Positions 34,590 through 49,743 of a stretch of 64,000 nt of DNA are shown here, piece by piece. This DNA is from Phallusia mammillata. Its lineage: Eukaryota. The stretch spans positions 29,202,001 to 29,266,000 of the forward strand of contig OZ281496.1 of assembly GCA_965637545.1 (NCBI GenBank), in the 5' to 3' direction. How positions within the stretch are numbered: the first letter of the stretch is position 1; each line of letters starts with the position of its first letter. The notes under the pieces were generated by a model. It was not told the origin of the DNA. It saw only the letters and a list, made by a program, of their open reading frames with translations, and made no database searches. The translations under genes were made by a program, and so were the position numbers.

Positions 34590-37500
34590 TCATTCTTCAG
34601 TGACTGGGCCCGACTTTGGAAAACGAACTTCTTTTCTCAGCTGCGTTTGTGTCCAGGGAATCTCCTTTTCATTATCCTTCATACGTTTTCTAACTTTGGT
34701 GAGTATCTAAACCATGAAACAAATTCTTTTTGATTGACACATTGCAATGTGTTTCAAAAAGGCATGTTTTGTAATTTGACGCTTGACATAAACTTTTTTA
34801 CGGAAGAACAAGACAGATAATCCACTTCCTTGGGATCCCAAAATAACACTTTAATGTTTACGTGGCCTACATTATGTGGTTTACATTATCTGTACTGTTA
34901 GGTTGGACAGTATCAGCTACCGAATTTGTATGTAGTAAAGCACATACATTTACCTTGAACAAGTCGTAATATTCTTGATGCTCATCATATTCCACAGAAT
35001 GAAGCAACGCATCATAAAATGCAGATATGCCTATTCTATTTGGGTTGTTTGCCCTCCCTGAACAAACAAAGTGTTTAATAAAAAGTACAGTAGTCTGTTA
35101 ATAATTATTTGAAAGCCAAAAATCCAAATCACATAATTTTTTGCGCCTAGATGTTTTACCATCGCAAGTTGAGACTTACCTGATGATGAAAATGTAATAA
35201 GAACATCTGCCTCCGGATGAATGTAAGTTTGGTTAGCTTCCGGCCCTTCTTTGATAGGATCCCTTGACCAGTCTACCTCTGATTTCTATGCCAACAAGAA
35301 ACATAATTATCTTTAAAGAACCTAGAATCAATCCATTAGGCAGTATCTGGCCCACTGACATGGAGCATGCTTGTTGACGGTTACTGTATCTTTTTTAAGT
35401 GTATATATAAATATGGAAATAGGTGCACATTAAAACAGAATCAGTCGATAAAATTTGAATAAGGATATGACGATGCCATAGCCAAAAAATAAGTTTATCG
35501 ATTGATTCTGTTTCCTTGGGATTCCATATTTACCTGTTTCCATATTTAGATATACACTTGAAAAAGATAAATAGAATAGAATTTACAAAGTATAAACGCA
35601 CTTAAATAAAAGTTATAAGTCGTGATCACAAGCGAAAAAACAAACAACAAGACAAAATTATCCTATATCGAAACTTTAGTGTCAAACAACGCATTTCACT
35701 ACAGTCTAATCAACCATTATTAATCAAATTTTATTTTATCCAATTACTGTTTAATAAGCTGAATAGTAAGAATTTTGTTTTCCAACTACATTTTGTTTAA
35801 TTTTTGAAATATTTTGAGACGCATAGAATCGTTTTACTTGGTCCTTGGCTCTTAGAGTAACTTGTGGAACTATTCGAATCAATAATTCCTTACTTGTACA
35901 AAAAACAGCTTTGGTTTTTCGATCCATTCTTTGCTTCCTTGCACCAGTGACGTCACTTCGCTAAGGTTATAAGACTCATCTTGGTGTTTAAGGACAAATT
36001 TGTCCCCTTTATCGCGTTCTGATATAATAGCACACACCAAACTGTCTCCGCTATATCCTTGTACGTCTAAAATAGTAACAAAAAGCTTAACACAAGCAAA
36101 TCAGAGTAATTACGCGATGCGGACGCAGATGGGCAATTCTGCTAAACTTCATTCGTTTTCACTTAACCACAATCGTTCTTTTTGTAACAAGTTTGTGTAA
36201 ATGTAACTGCCCGTTTATAGTAATAAAAGTAATTGCACTTACAATCCGTAAGTTTGTGCAACAAAGCTTCTTTTCCACTTTCAATGATTTTCATGTTGCG
36301 TTCGTCGTTTTGCAGTTCTTGGCAGACAATTTTTACATTACTTTCATAAAACCCCCAATACTTTGCGACTTCACGAAGTGCAGCTATATCAGTAGGAAAC
36401 TTGGTCTAAACAAGTTGCAGCAGGTATAAACTATTTTCATACATTTGAAATTCTTCTTATCAAACTATTACCAATAAGATGAAGCTATTTTCAAAACAAA
36501 ATCGTATGCATACATACATTTTCAAAAAAAGTTTTTTTACCGTATCACCAACAATAAGAAAAAGTCCTCGGCTTCTTAGGGATGTTTCGTAGACCCTTTT
36601 AAAAAATTATTTTATTCTGTTGTCCCAAGTTGGTACTATTGTTGTCATTGTTTTATTTATAGACCGTTACTTTTGACGAACTTTATATTTTTTAAGTGGC
36701 ATATTTTTGGACAGCACATACCTAGTACTCGGTTGGTGGCTGGTAGTAGGTTCCAAAAAAAATGTTCTGGTCAATTTTGTTGTGCTTGACGCCATTATTT
36801 TTGATGGAGCGTCTTCATGTTTTTCCAAGTTATGCTTCATTATTGTCATAACCTTTGTAAATCAACAAAGATTCCTTTGTCAAAGAGATAAGTTATATGT
36901 AATTCTACAACCATCAATAACAAAATTATTGATTTAAATTGTAACAAGCGTGTTGTTTTATTCAAAATTATAAAACTCAACCTGCATAATTTCCAAATTT
37001 TTCCACTGGTTTAGACTTTTGCACATTTCCTTAATAAACGGTGATCCTTTCGTACGATGACGGAAGGCCTTTTCACCTATGTTAACGTTTTTAGAATCTT
37101 ATTACAGCGGTTATAACCATTAAAGACTTTATTTCAAAACAAAACGTGTTTTTTCAGATACATGCAAAATGTTGCATGTTTGTTACATCAAAACTCACCG
37201 TAAACGGTAGCAAAAGTGATCAATACATTTTCGTCGCAAAAAACTTCAATGTGGTGTTTGATTTCCTTCTCATCAGATGCACCACTACCTCTGCATGCCT
37301 GGTAAAAGTTTTTAGCATAGTAACGAACTTGATGTGAAATAGGTTGCCATTTACGAGGTTTTTACTTTGTTAGTAAGTACATTTTGTAGGTACATAAGAG
37401 CAAAAACAAATTTGTTTTAATGAGCTACAACGACTTTGCAAACGAATCCCTTAACTTAAAGAACTCCAAAGATTTTGGTGCTTAAATCAAGTACTATAAG

Positions 37501-40500
37501 AACTCCAAAGATTTTGGTGCTTAAATCAAGCTGATGTTGGGTACAATCGTTTTGCCTAAACTTAAAATTACCTGGATACAGAAATGTCCAACAACGTTTT
37601 TGTCTTTACTTTTTCTTCGAAACTCTGCAACGAAGCTGCTCAATCTGAACTTTTTTCCTTTGACACTAGTAAACCGGTTTTCCCGACCATGGCTCAAAAT
37701 CGCGCAAACAAAATAACGATCATGTATATTTAGGTCTCTGCATGCTGTAAACAAAATACGGTTATTTGTAAATGATTTTCGTCAAAAACTTGCAGATTAT
37801 TTAGCGTTTTTTCCCGGCAATTATGGGTCCCCTTCCCTGAAGGGGACACATATTGATTTTACTCGAATTTGATTGTTTTTGTTCGTATTTGTTCTTGTTT
37901 GTTATTTCCCAAAGTTTGTCCGACCCGTTTGTCCATCACACGTTTGATGGATTTGGACGAAATTTACACAGATAGTAGATATAGTTATGTAGATGTGCAT
38001 ACCACTTTGTTTGTCCTGATAACCCCAGTATTTACCCCGCTAGCCACCTAAAATGACTGGGTTTGTAAACAGTGTCGGAATTGGCTGGAATTTGAACAGC
38101 TTGTGGAGTTGTTGCTCAAAACACCTCTCGGCCGGGTTGTTGCTCAAAACACCTCTAGTATTCGAAATTTTAAACAAGGAAGAAAAATTTAAATATTGGC
38201 AGATTGGGAACTTGGCCGAATGGCCCGGCGCGCCTGACCCATATACAGACATAGAAAACCCTGATCGGGATTCGTCCCCGGGAGAGTCCTGGATTCGGAC
38301 TCCGTGAATAAAAAATTTATGCACTGGCAGATTGGGCTGAAATTTTGCATTTTTTAGTTTAGTGTCAAACCCCATTAGTTACACTACTAGCCCCCCCCAA
38401 AAATGGCTAAGTTTATAAAACAGTGTCGGAATCGTGTGGGGACTATGGTTATCTCTTGAAATACACTATTTTTAACTTTACATGTGTGGGAACCCATGAG
38501 TTTGTGCCTGCAGAAACAACTAAGGTTATAAAAGACGATGGCTAATATGGGACCCAATACAAAATAATCAAAGGAAATATGTTTATGTTTTAAAATAGGT
38601 TATAGTGTATGTGCAAGGGCAATATGTGCTAAGCCACCCTTCGAGTTAGCTTTCGTCTTGACTTTTTTTGTCTGTATTGTCTCGTTTTTTTTCCGGTAAT
38701 TAGCTTTTGATTACTACACGTTACCTTACCATTCTCAAATTGAGTTTCAATTTCTTCCACATTTTCGTCATTAATCACTGAACTTTCCATTTGAAGATTT
38801 TGAGCCAAATCTATTAACTTTTTAACATCTTCTTGGGTTCCATGGCGTTCCTTTCCTTTTTTGTCGTAAATCTGTACAAATCTCAAAATATAACTTTAAG
38901 AAACTTGTTATCAACTAAACATTTAAAAGCGTTTGATTTAAGTATAATCGGTAGGTAAATACAACAACAAAGGGTGATCGACGGTTTAAGTTAAATTGAC
39001 GTAAACACGACGTCTACCTTTGTACATTTGTAAACATACCTCGTTGTTGATGATGACCATGATTCCCAACCTCCCAGTCAACCACGGATCACAGTTCCGA
39101 CTAAAAGATATTGAATCAAAACCTTTCCAAAAGTCTACTTAGAATTAATAGCTTCTAACCACTATTTAAATCCTTAATCTATTTATGTCATACATTTACT
39201 ACTATTTATGTCATACAAAGTGGAACACTAAACAAACCAAATACCACACTTTGTTTGATATGATTGTTTTGCCACTATGCCGTCTACATTCTATAACAAC
39301 TATGCTAAGCTTCACCGCGACAATTTGTCTTTTGGATTTTATGTCCAACAACAAATTATTGAATGAGTCACGCAGACTTTTGCCAAGTAAACGATTTGAT
39401 AAGGTCTTAAGCAAGTGGTTGTAATTTAAAGGAAGAATCCAGATTTATTATCAACAAATTTTGTCAGGTTACGGATCGGATCAAGAACCAAAGCTTTTAG
39501 GGATAGAAAGCGGAGATATTTAACATTTAGCGACAGAACGTTATCGCACTTATCCAGTGGAAACTTGTTTATGATCGAGTCAACAGCACAACAAGGCAAA
39601 ATTTTGTTCTCCCCAGGGAAACCGCTTTTTTCCCATATCCATTTCATGAAGTTTATCCGAGCTGTTCGACGATACTTTCTGGATGAAAGAAACGAATAAG
39701 TTATGCACCTTGTATCACAAAGTAACAATTAATCTGTTCGCGTCGCGAAGTAATGTAAGCATATACCTTTTAAATCTTATGCATTCGACAAGCTCAGTTG
39801 TTAGAGCCAATCAAATAACGGCAATTATGCCGTTAAAAAGGTTTTGGCAAAACTTACAAGGGAGGACTGTTGAAATTCCTACCTCTTTCTTTTTTCTGTT
39901 AGACATTCGTCTTTATAATTGCCAAATACGAAAAAAGAAGTTGCGTCAAGGCAGAGGTTTTCAAATGTTTTATGATTGGTAATACATTCGTTTTTTTGAC
40001 GCAATTTCTCTTTGACTTCTGGGTACGATTGGCAACATTTTGTTGGATAGTTGACAAATTCAGTGCATTCTCCACACGAACACCTGTAAAAATGTTACCA
40101 TCGGGTTATTACTGAATTCTATGCGTGTCCCGTCCGGTTTGCCAAAATGTCCCGGAGTTTGGTCTCCCACCAAAACTATATTATTAACGTGTATGTCTCT
40201 GTTTATTGCTTAGTTTGCTATTTTAAAATAAGCAGTATTGTTAGTATAAATGTAAGTTGATTAAATATTGGCAATATTTTCGAAATTCTACATTTCACAA
40301 ATGTTTGCTCTTCCCAGCGGAAGAGGCTATAATTGCATTATATACAGCTTTTCGGGGACGAAGTCTGAAAGTTATAACTGTATCTAAAACTTTTCGGTCT
40401 TACTTTTTTTCTTCTCCAAACAGCTGAGCTATACGAAAAATTAGACTCATTTGGTGGCTGTTATAAACGTGCTTGTCCTGGTTGTGTGGTTGTTTGAATG

Positions 40501-41125
40501 TTGTTATTAATTAAAGTTGGGTGTTAGCAGTTCAAGAACCACAGTAGCGTATTGTATTATAGTACTTGGTACGGAACATGTTGCATTGAGCTCACCTCGT
40601 TGCAACAAATGTACACACACTACGTTTTTACGTATCGTACCTTCAAAATAAACAAATCGAGTGCTATCTAAACAGCCGGCGCCACGAAGAGCCGATTCAA
40701 ATTTTTGTGCACAAAAATCACTGGTTATTACAACAAACGCTTTTCTTCGCTTCAATAACTATTGTCTAAAAATATTAATAAAGTACCTGCGCGGGCCGAA
40801 CTAAAAGTGAATGGTAAATTATGGCATTACTATAATTTCGCTTATTTAAAAGCGCCGAAGCACTTTTTAAATCGTGCTTTGTAAATCAATGTCGTTGTTC
40901 CAGAATTAAGAAGTTGTTGCGGACTCCCTGCAAACGCTTTGCGGACCCCGGGTTGAGAACTATTGCTTTAAAACATTTAAAAATTCAACGCCAACGTTTT
41001 TTTAATCACAATTTCGCTTTTTTACAGAGAACTTGCCATGGCAAACTTTTTTTCTTGGTGTCTTCATCCGAATCCTGCACAGCAATTGGATTGGAGCAGG
41101 AAACCGTTGCCTCGCTTTCACTCAT
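34590..41125 (-). CDS. Gene E: complete 15-exon single-ballast caspase-pseudocaspase protein, 612 aa
   Basis: Exons 41125-41037 (GC donor), 40083-39883, 39678-39550, 39100-39040, 38871-38730, 37744-37572, 37298-37199, 37076-36982, 36852-36722, 36595-36541, 36405-36243, 36066-35894, 35285-35180, 35057-34954, 34706-34590; 1839 nt open to TGA. WCSCGEC..KCC..CITNH..LPCCA; GIMVIINNE, ERHGTQED, CAILSHG, CIQ|ACRG, AFRHRTKGSPFI; dead domain CAIISE, KPKLFFVQ|KSE, PWTQTQLR. Confidence 0.9.
37459..37530. repeat. 33-bp direct repeat x2 in gene E intron
   Basis: AAGAACTCCAAAGATTTTGGTGCTTAAATCAAG at 37459-37491 and 37498-37530. Confidence 0.9.
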
Positions 41126-41492
41126 AACGGCAGGTAAACAACAAATTCAAACTTGGGAGGTCGTTTTCGATTAGGAATTTTATTCTTTGTAAGCCTGATG
41201 TCAATGCTAAATCAACCCCTGTTGCAATGACAACCCGAGCAGCTCACAATGTACATACACTTCACACATAAATTGTCATGTGAAATGGTACGAATTTACT
41301 GTGGCGTTAAATAAATAGTCTTTTCCGCAACGCTTCACCTGTCACCGTGATAAGCTAGTTAATCCGGAAGCGCACAAACCTTCATCTAACGCTTTGTTTT
41401 ATGCGTCATTTAATATTTTCCATAAGGACTAACTGATATAGATAGGACATAAAGCTCCTATTTGATCCCACACAACTGAGTATGCTCTAGAG

Positions 41493-41600
41493 CAGGGGTG
41501 TGCAACCTTTTTCGTCGGTGGGCCATATAACCAATTTCGGACATCAAGCGAGGGCCACACAATTTTTTTCATGTGCCGTATTTACACGTTTTTTTATCCT
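41493..41600. mobile_element. Left end of a hAT-type MITE
   Basis: CAGGGGTGTGCAACCTTTTT...GGGCCA follows CTCTAGAG (8-mer with central TA). The homologous site at ~60070 lacks it. Right end not located. Confidence 0.5.
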
Positions 41601-43270
41601 TCTGTTGGTGCGACTTGCATTATAATATCATGTTCCACACCCCTGCGTTTTGTTTTATTTTGCTTTTAAAATCAACTTTAACATGTTAGGTGCAAGTAAG
41701 TTTCACCGCAACACTGCCTATAACAACAAAGTAATTGTTTACTAGACAAAGAGGTATATTACGTCACATTTGGTATAGAAACGCAACAAGCATCCAGTGC
41801 GAAGAGAAGACCATAGGTCTGGGTGAATTAAGTTCCATACGCTGGTTTAGCTTATTCTTGTTACGAAAAGCAACTTAGGAAATTCCGAAAACTAGCGCGG
41901 ATTTTTTGTCAAAATGTGCTTTTTTAACGACTAGAAATGACGACTAGAAATGTTGGACGCGTCGTTTTTTGTCTGTCATGAGTAACAAAGCTTTCCACGC
42001 TGATAAACAACGATCAATGCTCTGAGTTAATGTCAGGCCCACGCTTTAGCAACAGTCTAAGTCAGGCCTAACCAGTTTGAAACCGGATTATCAGGTTCGA
42101 AACTTTGTTACGCTATTTTTCAATCAACAATCTATTTGTATGTTTGATAACCTGCAAACCTGTGATAAACACATGGTTGTATTTAGTTTATCATATGTCA
42201 CACTACATTCTTGCAGTTGATTAAAACATTAAAAATATTAAGTTTCTTTTTAACCGACGCTGTTTGTGTTTGCTCAAACAATATGAACAACAGCTGATTA
42301 AACTGGAATGCTGTTTCACCTCGTGAATTGTATTTGTATCTTTTAGGGCCACTTTTCCTGTTCATTAAAGTTAGCATAAAATTCGACAAACACCAAATCG
42401 TTTTTCGACTAAATCTAGTTTTCGATTGTAACTATTTAAGTTTAAAACCAACATTTGCACGCAAAATATATTTTAACCAATGCCAAGGTGCAAATTGTTG
42501 CCACTTGTCAAGCACTGTAGATTAATGTTTCAGCAAATGATGCACCATCAGCTAAATTTATGGTTCTTAACTGGTGGGTGAGTTTGCTTCAGATGGTCTT
42601 TGGTATGTCAGCAGTGACAAACTTGAGAAAATTGAATAATACGCATGGGAAAATGGTTAACGTGTTGACTGCCAATCCGTTACGTCAACACTTTACCATT
42701 CGCTTTTAAAGAAGCATATTTCAAACAACAAATGTAGAACGGTGGCATTAAATGAAACGTCATTTCCTCAACGCAACACCTATCACCATGATATGCTTGT
42801 TAATTCAGAACAGCAAATCTTCATCCAACGTATATTTTCCTTGCTGAGTAAATGATATAAATAGAACACGCAGTTCCTGTCTAATCCCACACAAGTGACT
42901 ATGCTTTAGTACGTTGTAGTGAACAACAAATCATTCAACAGGCCACAACTAATTTTCGCCTCGTTACTTATCTACAAGGCTCAATTACACCACTTATCTC
43001 ACTGCATCCTAATGCGACTTAGCAGCGATAAAAGTGAGGTATAGTTGATGACTCTATTTGATCTGGATGATTTCCGACTTTTAATGATGACACTTAAACT
43101 GCAATTTGTTTTTAGCCTAATGTTTTTTGACTTGTAGCTCTAACCGTGCTGCACATCAAAATAAAACCGCTAAGGCCAAATTGTAAAGGTCAAAAATTGT
43201 GCCACTTCGTATGACGACGGTTTGGTTCGGTAATGACCGTATCATTAAGATGAATACAGTGGTTGCCTGA

Positions 43271-43449
43271 CAGTGGTGGGATTCAGCCTGTTCGCATCGG
43301 TTCCATAGAACCGTCCCACGAAATGTTATAAGATCAGCGAACCGGTTAGCATTACTGGTTACTGTCAATGGACTTTTTGTAACAGAACCGGCTGAAAAAT
43401 GTCTTTTGTGGTAGAACCGGCTGACAAAAAAGTTTGAATCCCACCACTG
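43271..43449. mobile_element. 179-bp MITE (hAT-like) with perfect 15-bp TIRs
   Basis: CAGTGGTGGGATTCA...TGAATCCCACCACTG; 8-bp flanks TTGCCTGA / TCGCCTGA; empty site in the paralogous segment at ~60465. Confidence 0.88.
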
Positions 43450-44377
43450 TCGCCTGACCATTTTAAGTTACATCACCTGTAACGACAATACCATGACGTA
43501 TTTGCCTTACATAAAAATTATAGTCATGACTGCACAATTAAACAAAACAAACGTTAAAATACTGAAAATAGCATATTGCAGTATTGGCAAGTATGTTAGC
43601 ATAAAAATAAACAAAAAAATAATGTTTGTTTTTGTGTTTTCGAACGCATCCAGTGTGTTTCGGCGCCTAAACAACGTTTGTTTCTACTGCGCGCTAGAAT
43701 AGGATTTCGTAGTGGACCATGTGCTTGTAATGCTTTAGTTAATTGTTTATTACTCACTTACTCTGGAGAGCATACGTAAAGTAGTAGTCAGCAATTACAG
43801 ATCAGCTGTTGGTTTGTGTTTTACCAACTTACGTTTAGTTGATTACTGCATAGCAATCGGTTAAGATCAGGTTGCAAAGTAGGAAACCTAGCATTTGCAT
43901 CAGGATCTCGAGGTCATTACAAACCTGGTGTTGTGAAGGTGAACAAAGTTTTTTGCTGCTAGCAATAAAGCTGAAATTGCAGACACTGTTCAAAGTTTAC
44001 TTGTTTGAACAAAAATGTTTTCGTTGCAAACTAAAACACTGACATTGTTTTCTCATGAATGTTAAACAAAGTGGCAAAGTTTCTGCTTGTATAGTTCTTG
44101 AAACAAGAAAAGTGTAGAAAGTGTTGCTTAACAGACTTTGTACTTTTGGTTTCAGAATTGGCGATAAGATAGGAACACTTGTTAAGCATATCCAGTGGAG
44201 TCTCACGTTTGATTCCTTAACAAAAACAGGTGGATAGACCAATATTTCGTAGAACGCTTCAGTAAATGTTGCCGTCTGCTTTGCCAGCGGAAGATTCTTT
44301 ACATACACAATTTTGAGATAGACCATTGTCTTCATTTGCCTATGGCGTGCTCACCCACGCAGTTTCCATTCTTGCAC

Positions 44378-47300
44378 AGAAAGCAAAATCAAGCCGGTTT
44401 GTCGGATTGTAAAGGAACTACATTGTGAAAATCCAATAGGGCACAAACAGAACCTTCAAACTCAAAACACCGCGAAACGTTACACCGCGTTGCGCCAGAT
44501 GCAACACACAACTGGAATCTGACTTTTACACCTCCAAACGAACCTTTGTACATGAAAGACCACACACTGAACAAATTTAAACAAAAGTTTCGTAACTACA
44601 TAAGGCTTGGGAAACACTGTATCAGATGAAAATATTAAACCATGCACATAACAACGCCTCACTTTCCACTTACTGAAAAGTTAAAACCAAAACAAACGAC
44701 GCAAAATCTTGCTTTGCTTTTTGAAGCTAATAAAATCAAAAAATTCTGTCCAGCCTGGTCGTTAGTGGCTTTATCCGAAACTTGAGCACTTCCCGTATGC
44801 GCTACGTTCAAATTTGATTCTTCTTCACAGTCACTCATGTTTATCACAGTCCAACTTAGCATAAAGTTCAGGAGCATAAAGTGCAACGTTATTCAGCGGT
44901 TGTAATAACGATGTCCGCCCCACAGTCATTCATGATAATATTTACTGCGCAATGTACGTAAACTTGATTTGCTTTTGACACATTTTATCATACCTAAGCG
45001 CCATGCGCTGAATGCCTGTGGGTGTTTTAATTTGTTTCATTGCCTGCAACATAACTTTCCGCCAAAACGCTTAGACAAATATCATTTTCGGTTTCACACT
45101 TCTGACCTGTTAAAAACATTCAATCTTCTGGAAAGGTTTTTTTGTACATGGGATAATGCAGACTTCATAAATTGTAAATGGGGTTGGTTACTATAAAGCG
45201 TTTGAAAACCACTTTTTTGAGTGACAATACCATCTTAATGAAATAAATTCTTGAATTTTTTGTAAAGAAGCGATCTAAGGTTACCGCAATCGGTAGTGGT
45301 GATTTCCATTATCTTTTATGACAGGTCATATTTCACACCAACTATGTATGTTACACCGTCACTAATCATAACAAAGAAAACAGCACACTATCGTTTTCCA
45401 ACCACGATGAGGATCATCGTACTTTTATGTCAACCTGCTTGCATACTGAGTAACTAATAAGAACAATGCACCTTACATTACAATCAGATTATATCTTTAA
45501 ATTTGGGGTTAATGTATTTCTCTCATAAATAGTCAACTTATAGGCCATGTTTACCAGTGCGATTTTATTAACCACACCCCCAGACAACAAATTCTTGAAA
45601 CCGCTGCCATCATGTTCTATAGGAAGTTATGTAGCCATAAACAGCACATTTGTGCTCAAAAACTATCGTCCGCACCTCAGTCGTAATGAACAAACCGTTG
45701 CGTATGAAAGGCATGGCCACGGCTCAATTTCCGTAACAACGTTTGGAATCCGGTCAAAAGATTGTTCGCCATCACCGGGAGGACGATGTTTCGACACACT
45801 CATTGCATTGTTGTTAAACTTTTTTGAATTTAAATAAAAAACAAACGACGGCTCGCTAGTTCCACAAACGCCCCATTCTTACAAATTATTTGGTGGCTCT
45901 CAAGCTCAATGCCGCTGGACAATGGTTTAGCTTTCCAACAATTAAACTACGATTTCGTAAAAGGTAAAATAATAATCTATATCAGCACAAAGAATAATTT
46001 ACAGCCGAATGCTGGGTTTAGAGCAACCACGTTCAACCCCTGTTAAAGAGCGCTAATCAAAGCACCCAGAAAACACTGCTCACACACACAATTGCTCTTC
46101 GTGCACACAAAGCAAATTGAGCTGACTTGTCGGGTTGTGAGGAACCGTGTTGTGAAAATCCAATAGGGCACAAAAAGGACCTTCAAACTCAACACACCCC
46201 GCGTAACCTTACACCGCGGAACGCCAGATGCAACACACAACTGGAATCTGCCTCTTACACGTTCAAACGAACCTTTGTACATGGAAGACCACACACTGAA
46301 TAAATTTAAAATAAAAGTGTCGTAACCACATAGGGCTTGGGAAACACTGTATCAGATGAAAATATTAAACCATGTACTTCCCACCTGTGGAAGAGTTAAA
46401 ACCGAAACAAACGTCGCAAAATCTTATTGTGCTTTTGGAAGCAAATAAAAGTTAAAAATACCCTCCAGCCTGGCCGTTAGATGCTTCATCCGAAACCTGG
46501 GCACTTCCTGTGTGCGTAACGTTTGAATGCTATAACTTCCGCACCTCAGTCGTAATGAACGAACCGTTCTGTATGAAGGCATGGCCATGGCCCACGCAAT
46601 TTCCTTGACAACGATTGTCTTAGCCAAGCGTTTATTCGGCGTCATCCGACAGGACTATGTTTTTTTAGCTTTTGTTGTCACACTTTTTGAATCAAAATGA
46701 AAACAAACGACGGCTCGCTAGTTCGACAAAGACTCGTCTTTTGCAAATTATTTGGTGGCTCTCAAGCTCAAGGCCGTTGGACAATGGTTTGGGACCTAAA
46801 TTGTATAATCCTAAAAGTTAAAATAATATTCTATACAAACACAAAGAGTAATATACAGCCGAATGAGGAACCACATTGTGAAAAATTCAAAAGGGAAAAA
46901 ACTATGCGGACCACGCGTAACGTTACACCGCCTAACGCCAGATACAACATACAACTGAAATCTGATTCCTACACGTTGAGCGCTCATTGTATTTGTTGTT
47001 AAACTTTTTTTTGAACCAGGGCGAAAACAAAGAACGGTTCGCTAGACCAGTGGTTCCCAACCAGAAAGCAAAATCAAGCCGGTTTGTCGGATTGTAAAGG
47101 AACTACATTGTGAAAATCCAATAGGGCACAAACAGAACCTTCAAACTCAAAACACCGCGGAACGTTACACCGCGTTGCGCCAGATGCAACACACAACTGG
47201 AATCTGACTTTTACACCTCCAAACGAACCTTTGTACATGAAAGACCACACACTGAACAAATTTAAACAAAAGTTTCGTAACTACATAAGGCTTGGGAAAC

Positions 47301-49743
47301 ACTGTATCAGATGAAAATATTAAACCATGCACATAACAACGCCTCACTTTCCACTTACTGAAAAGTTAAAACCAAAACAAACGACGCAAAATCTTGCTTT
47401 GCTTTTTGAAGCTAATAAAATCAAAAAATTCTGTCCAGCCTGGTCGTTAGTGGCTTCATCCGAAACTTGAGCACTTCCCGTATGCGCTACGTTCAAATTT
47501 GATTCTTCTTCACAGTCACTCATGTTTATCACAGTCCAACTTAGCATAAAGTTCAGGAGCATAAAGTGCAACGTTATTCAGCGGTTGTAATAACGATGTC
47601 CGCCCCACAGTCATTCATGATAATATTTACTGCGCAATGTACGTAAACTTGATTTGCTTTTGACACATTTTATCATACCTAAGCGCCATGCGCTGAATGC
47701 CTGTGGGTGTTTTAATTTGTTTCATTGCCTGCAACATAACTTTCCGCCAAAACGCTTAGACAAATATCATTTTCGGTTTCACACTTCTGACCTGTTAAAA
47801 ACATTCATCTTCTGGAAAGGTTTTTTTGTACATGGGTTAATGCAGACTTCATAAATTGTAAATGGGGTTGGTTACTATAAAGCGTTTGAAAACCACTTTT
47901 TTGAGTGACAATACCATCTTTATGAAATAAATTCTTGAATTTTTTGTAAAGAAGCGATCTAAGGTTACCGCAATCGGTAGTGGTGATTTCCATTATCTTT
48001 TATGACAGGTCATATTTCACACCAACTATGTATGTTACACCGTCACTAATCATAACAAAGAAAACAGCACACTATCGTTTTCCAACCACGATGAGGATCA
48101 TCGTACTTTTATGTCAACCTGCTTGCATACTGAGTAACTAATAAGAACAATGCACCTTACATTACAATCAGATTATATCTTTAAATTTGGGGTTAATGTA
48201 TTTCTCTCATAAATAGTCAACTTATAGGCCATGTTTACCAGTGCGATTTTATTAACCACACCCCCAGACAACAAATTCTTGAAATCGCTGCCATCATGTT
48301 CTACAAAGTTATGTAGCCATAAACAGCACATTTGTGCTCAAAAACTATCGTCCGCACCTCAGTCGTAATGAACAAACCGTTGCGTATGAAAGGCATGGCC
48401 ACGGCTCAATTTCCGTAACAACGTTTGGAATCCGGTCAAAAGATTGTTCGCCATCACCGGGAGGACGATGTTTCGACACACTCATTGCATTGTTGTTAAA
48501 CTTTTTTGAATTTAAATAAAAAACAAACGACGGCTCGCTAGTTCCACAAACGCCCCATTCTTACAAATTATTTGGTGGCTCTCAAGCTCAATGCCGCTGG
48601 ACAATGGTTTAGCTTTCCAACAATTAAACTACGTTTTCGTAAAAGGTAAAATAATAATCTATATCAGCACAAAGAATAATTTACAGCCGAATGCTGGGTT
48701 TAGAGCAACCACGTTCAACCCCTGTTAAAGAGCGCTAATCAAAGCACCCAGAAAACACTGCTCACACACACAATTGCTCTTCGTGCACACAAAGCAAATT
48801 GAGCTGACTTGTCGGGTTGTGAGGAACCGTGTTGTGAAAATCCAATAGGGCACAAAAAGGACCTTCAAACTCAACACACCCCGCGTAACCTTACACCGCG
48901 GAACGCCAGATGCAACACACAACTGGAATCTGCCTCTTACACCTCCAAATGAACCTTTGTACATGGAAGACCACACACTGAATAAATTTAAAATAAAAGT
49001 GTCGTAACCACATAGGGCTTGGGAAACACTGTATCAGATGAAAATATTAAACCATGTACTTCCCACCTGTGGAAGAGTTAAAACCGAAACAAACGTCGCA
49101 AAATCTTATTGTGCTTTTGGAAGCAAATAAAAGTTAAAAATACCCTCCAGCCTGGCCGTTAGATGCTTCATCCGAAACCTGGGCACTTCCTGTGTGCGTA
49201 ACGTTTGAATGCTATAACTTCCGCACCTCAGTCGTAATGAACGAACCGTTCTGTATGAAGGCATGGCCATGGCCCACGCAATTTCCTTGACAACGATTGT
49301 CTTAGCCAAGCGTTTATTCGGCGTCATCCGACAGGACTATGTTTTTTTAGCTTTTGTTGTCACACTTTTTGAATCAAAATGAAAACAAACGACGGCTCGC
49401 TAGTTCGACAAAGACTCGTCTTTTGCAAATTATTTGGTGGCTCTCAAGCTCAAGGCCGTTGGACAATGGTTTGGGACCTAAATTGTATAATCCTAAAAGT
49501 TAAAATAATATTCTATACAAACACAAAGAGTAATATACAGCCGAATGAGGAACCACATTGTGAAAAATTCAAAAGGGAAAAAACTATGCGGACCACGCGT
49601 AACGTTACACCGCCTAACGCCAGATGCAACACACGACTGGAATCTGATTCCTACACGTTGAGCGCTCATTGTATTTTTTGTTAAACTTTTTTTGAACCAG
49701 GGCGAAAACAAAGAACGGTTCGCTAGACCAGTGGTTCCCAACC
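44378..49743. repeat. Near-identical tandem duplication, unit ~2.68 kb (44378-47062 and 47063-49743), each unit a mosaic of orphan exon-1/upstream cassettes
   Basis: Matching ORF-track pairs are offset by 2682-2685 (44659/47344, 46424/49106). Both units start AGAAAGCAAAATCAAGCCGG and end CAGTGGTTCCCAACC. Confidence 0.95.

Noticed and set aside
110-41125. Intact Kolobok transposon as the source of the ballast exons
   Set aside because: No DDE transposase ORF, THAP domain, TIR pair or TTAA TSD was recognisable around the ballast exons, which are spliced into host-type genes.
43997-44335. 112-aa ORF as a real gene
   Set aside because: No recognisable motifs, and the close paralogous copy at ~60950-61340 is frameshifted; probably 3' flank or UTR DNA.
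44378-49743. CRISPR array or satellite
   Set aside because: Repeats are kilobase-scale gene-derived cassettes without a short repeat-spacer period, in a eukaryotic context.
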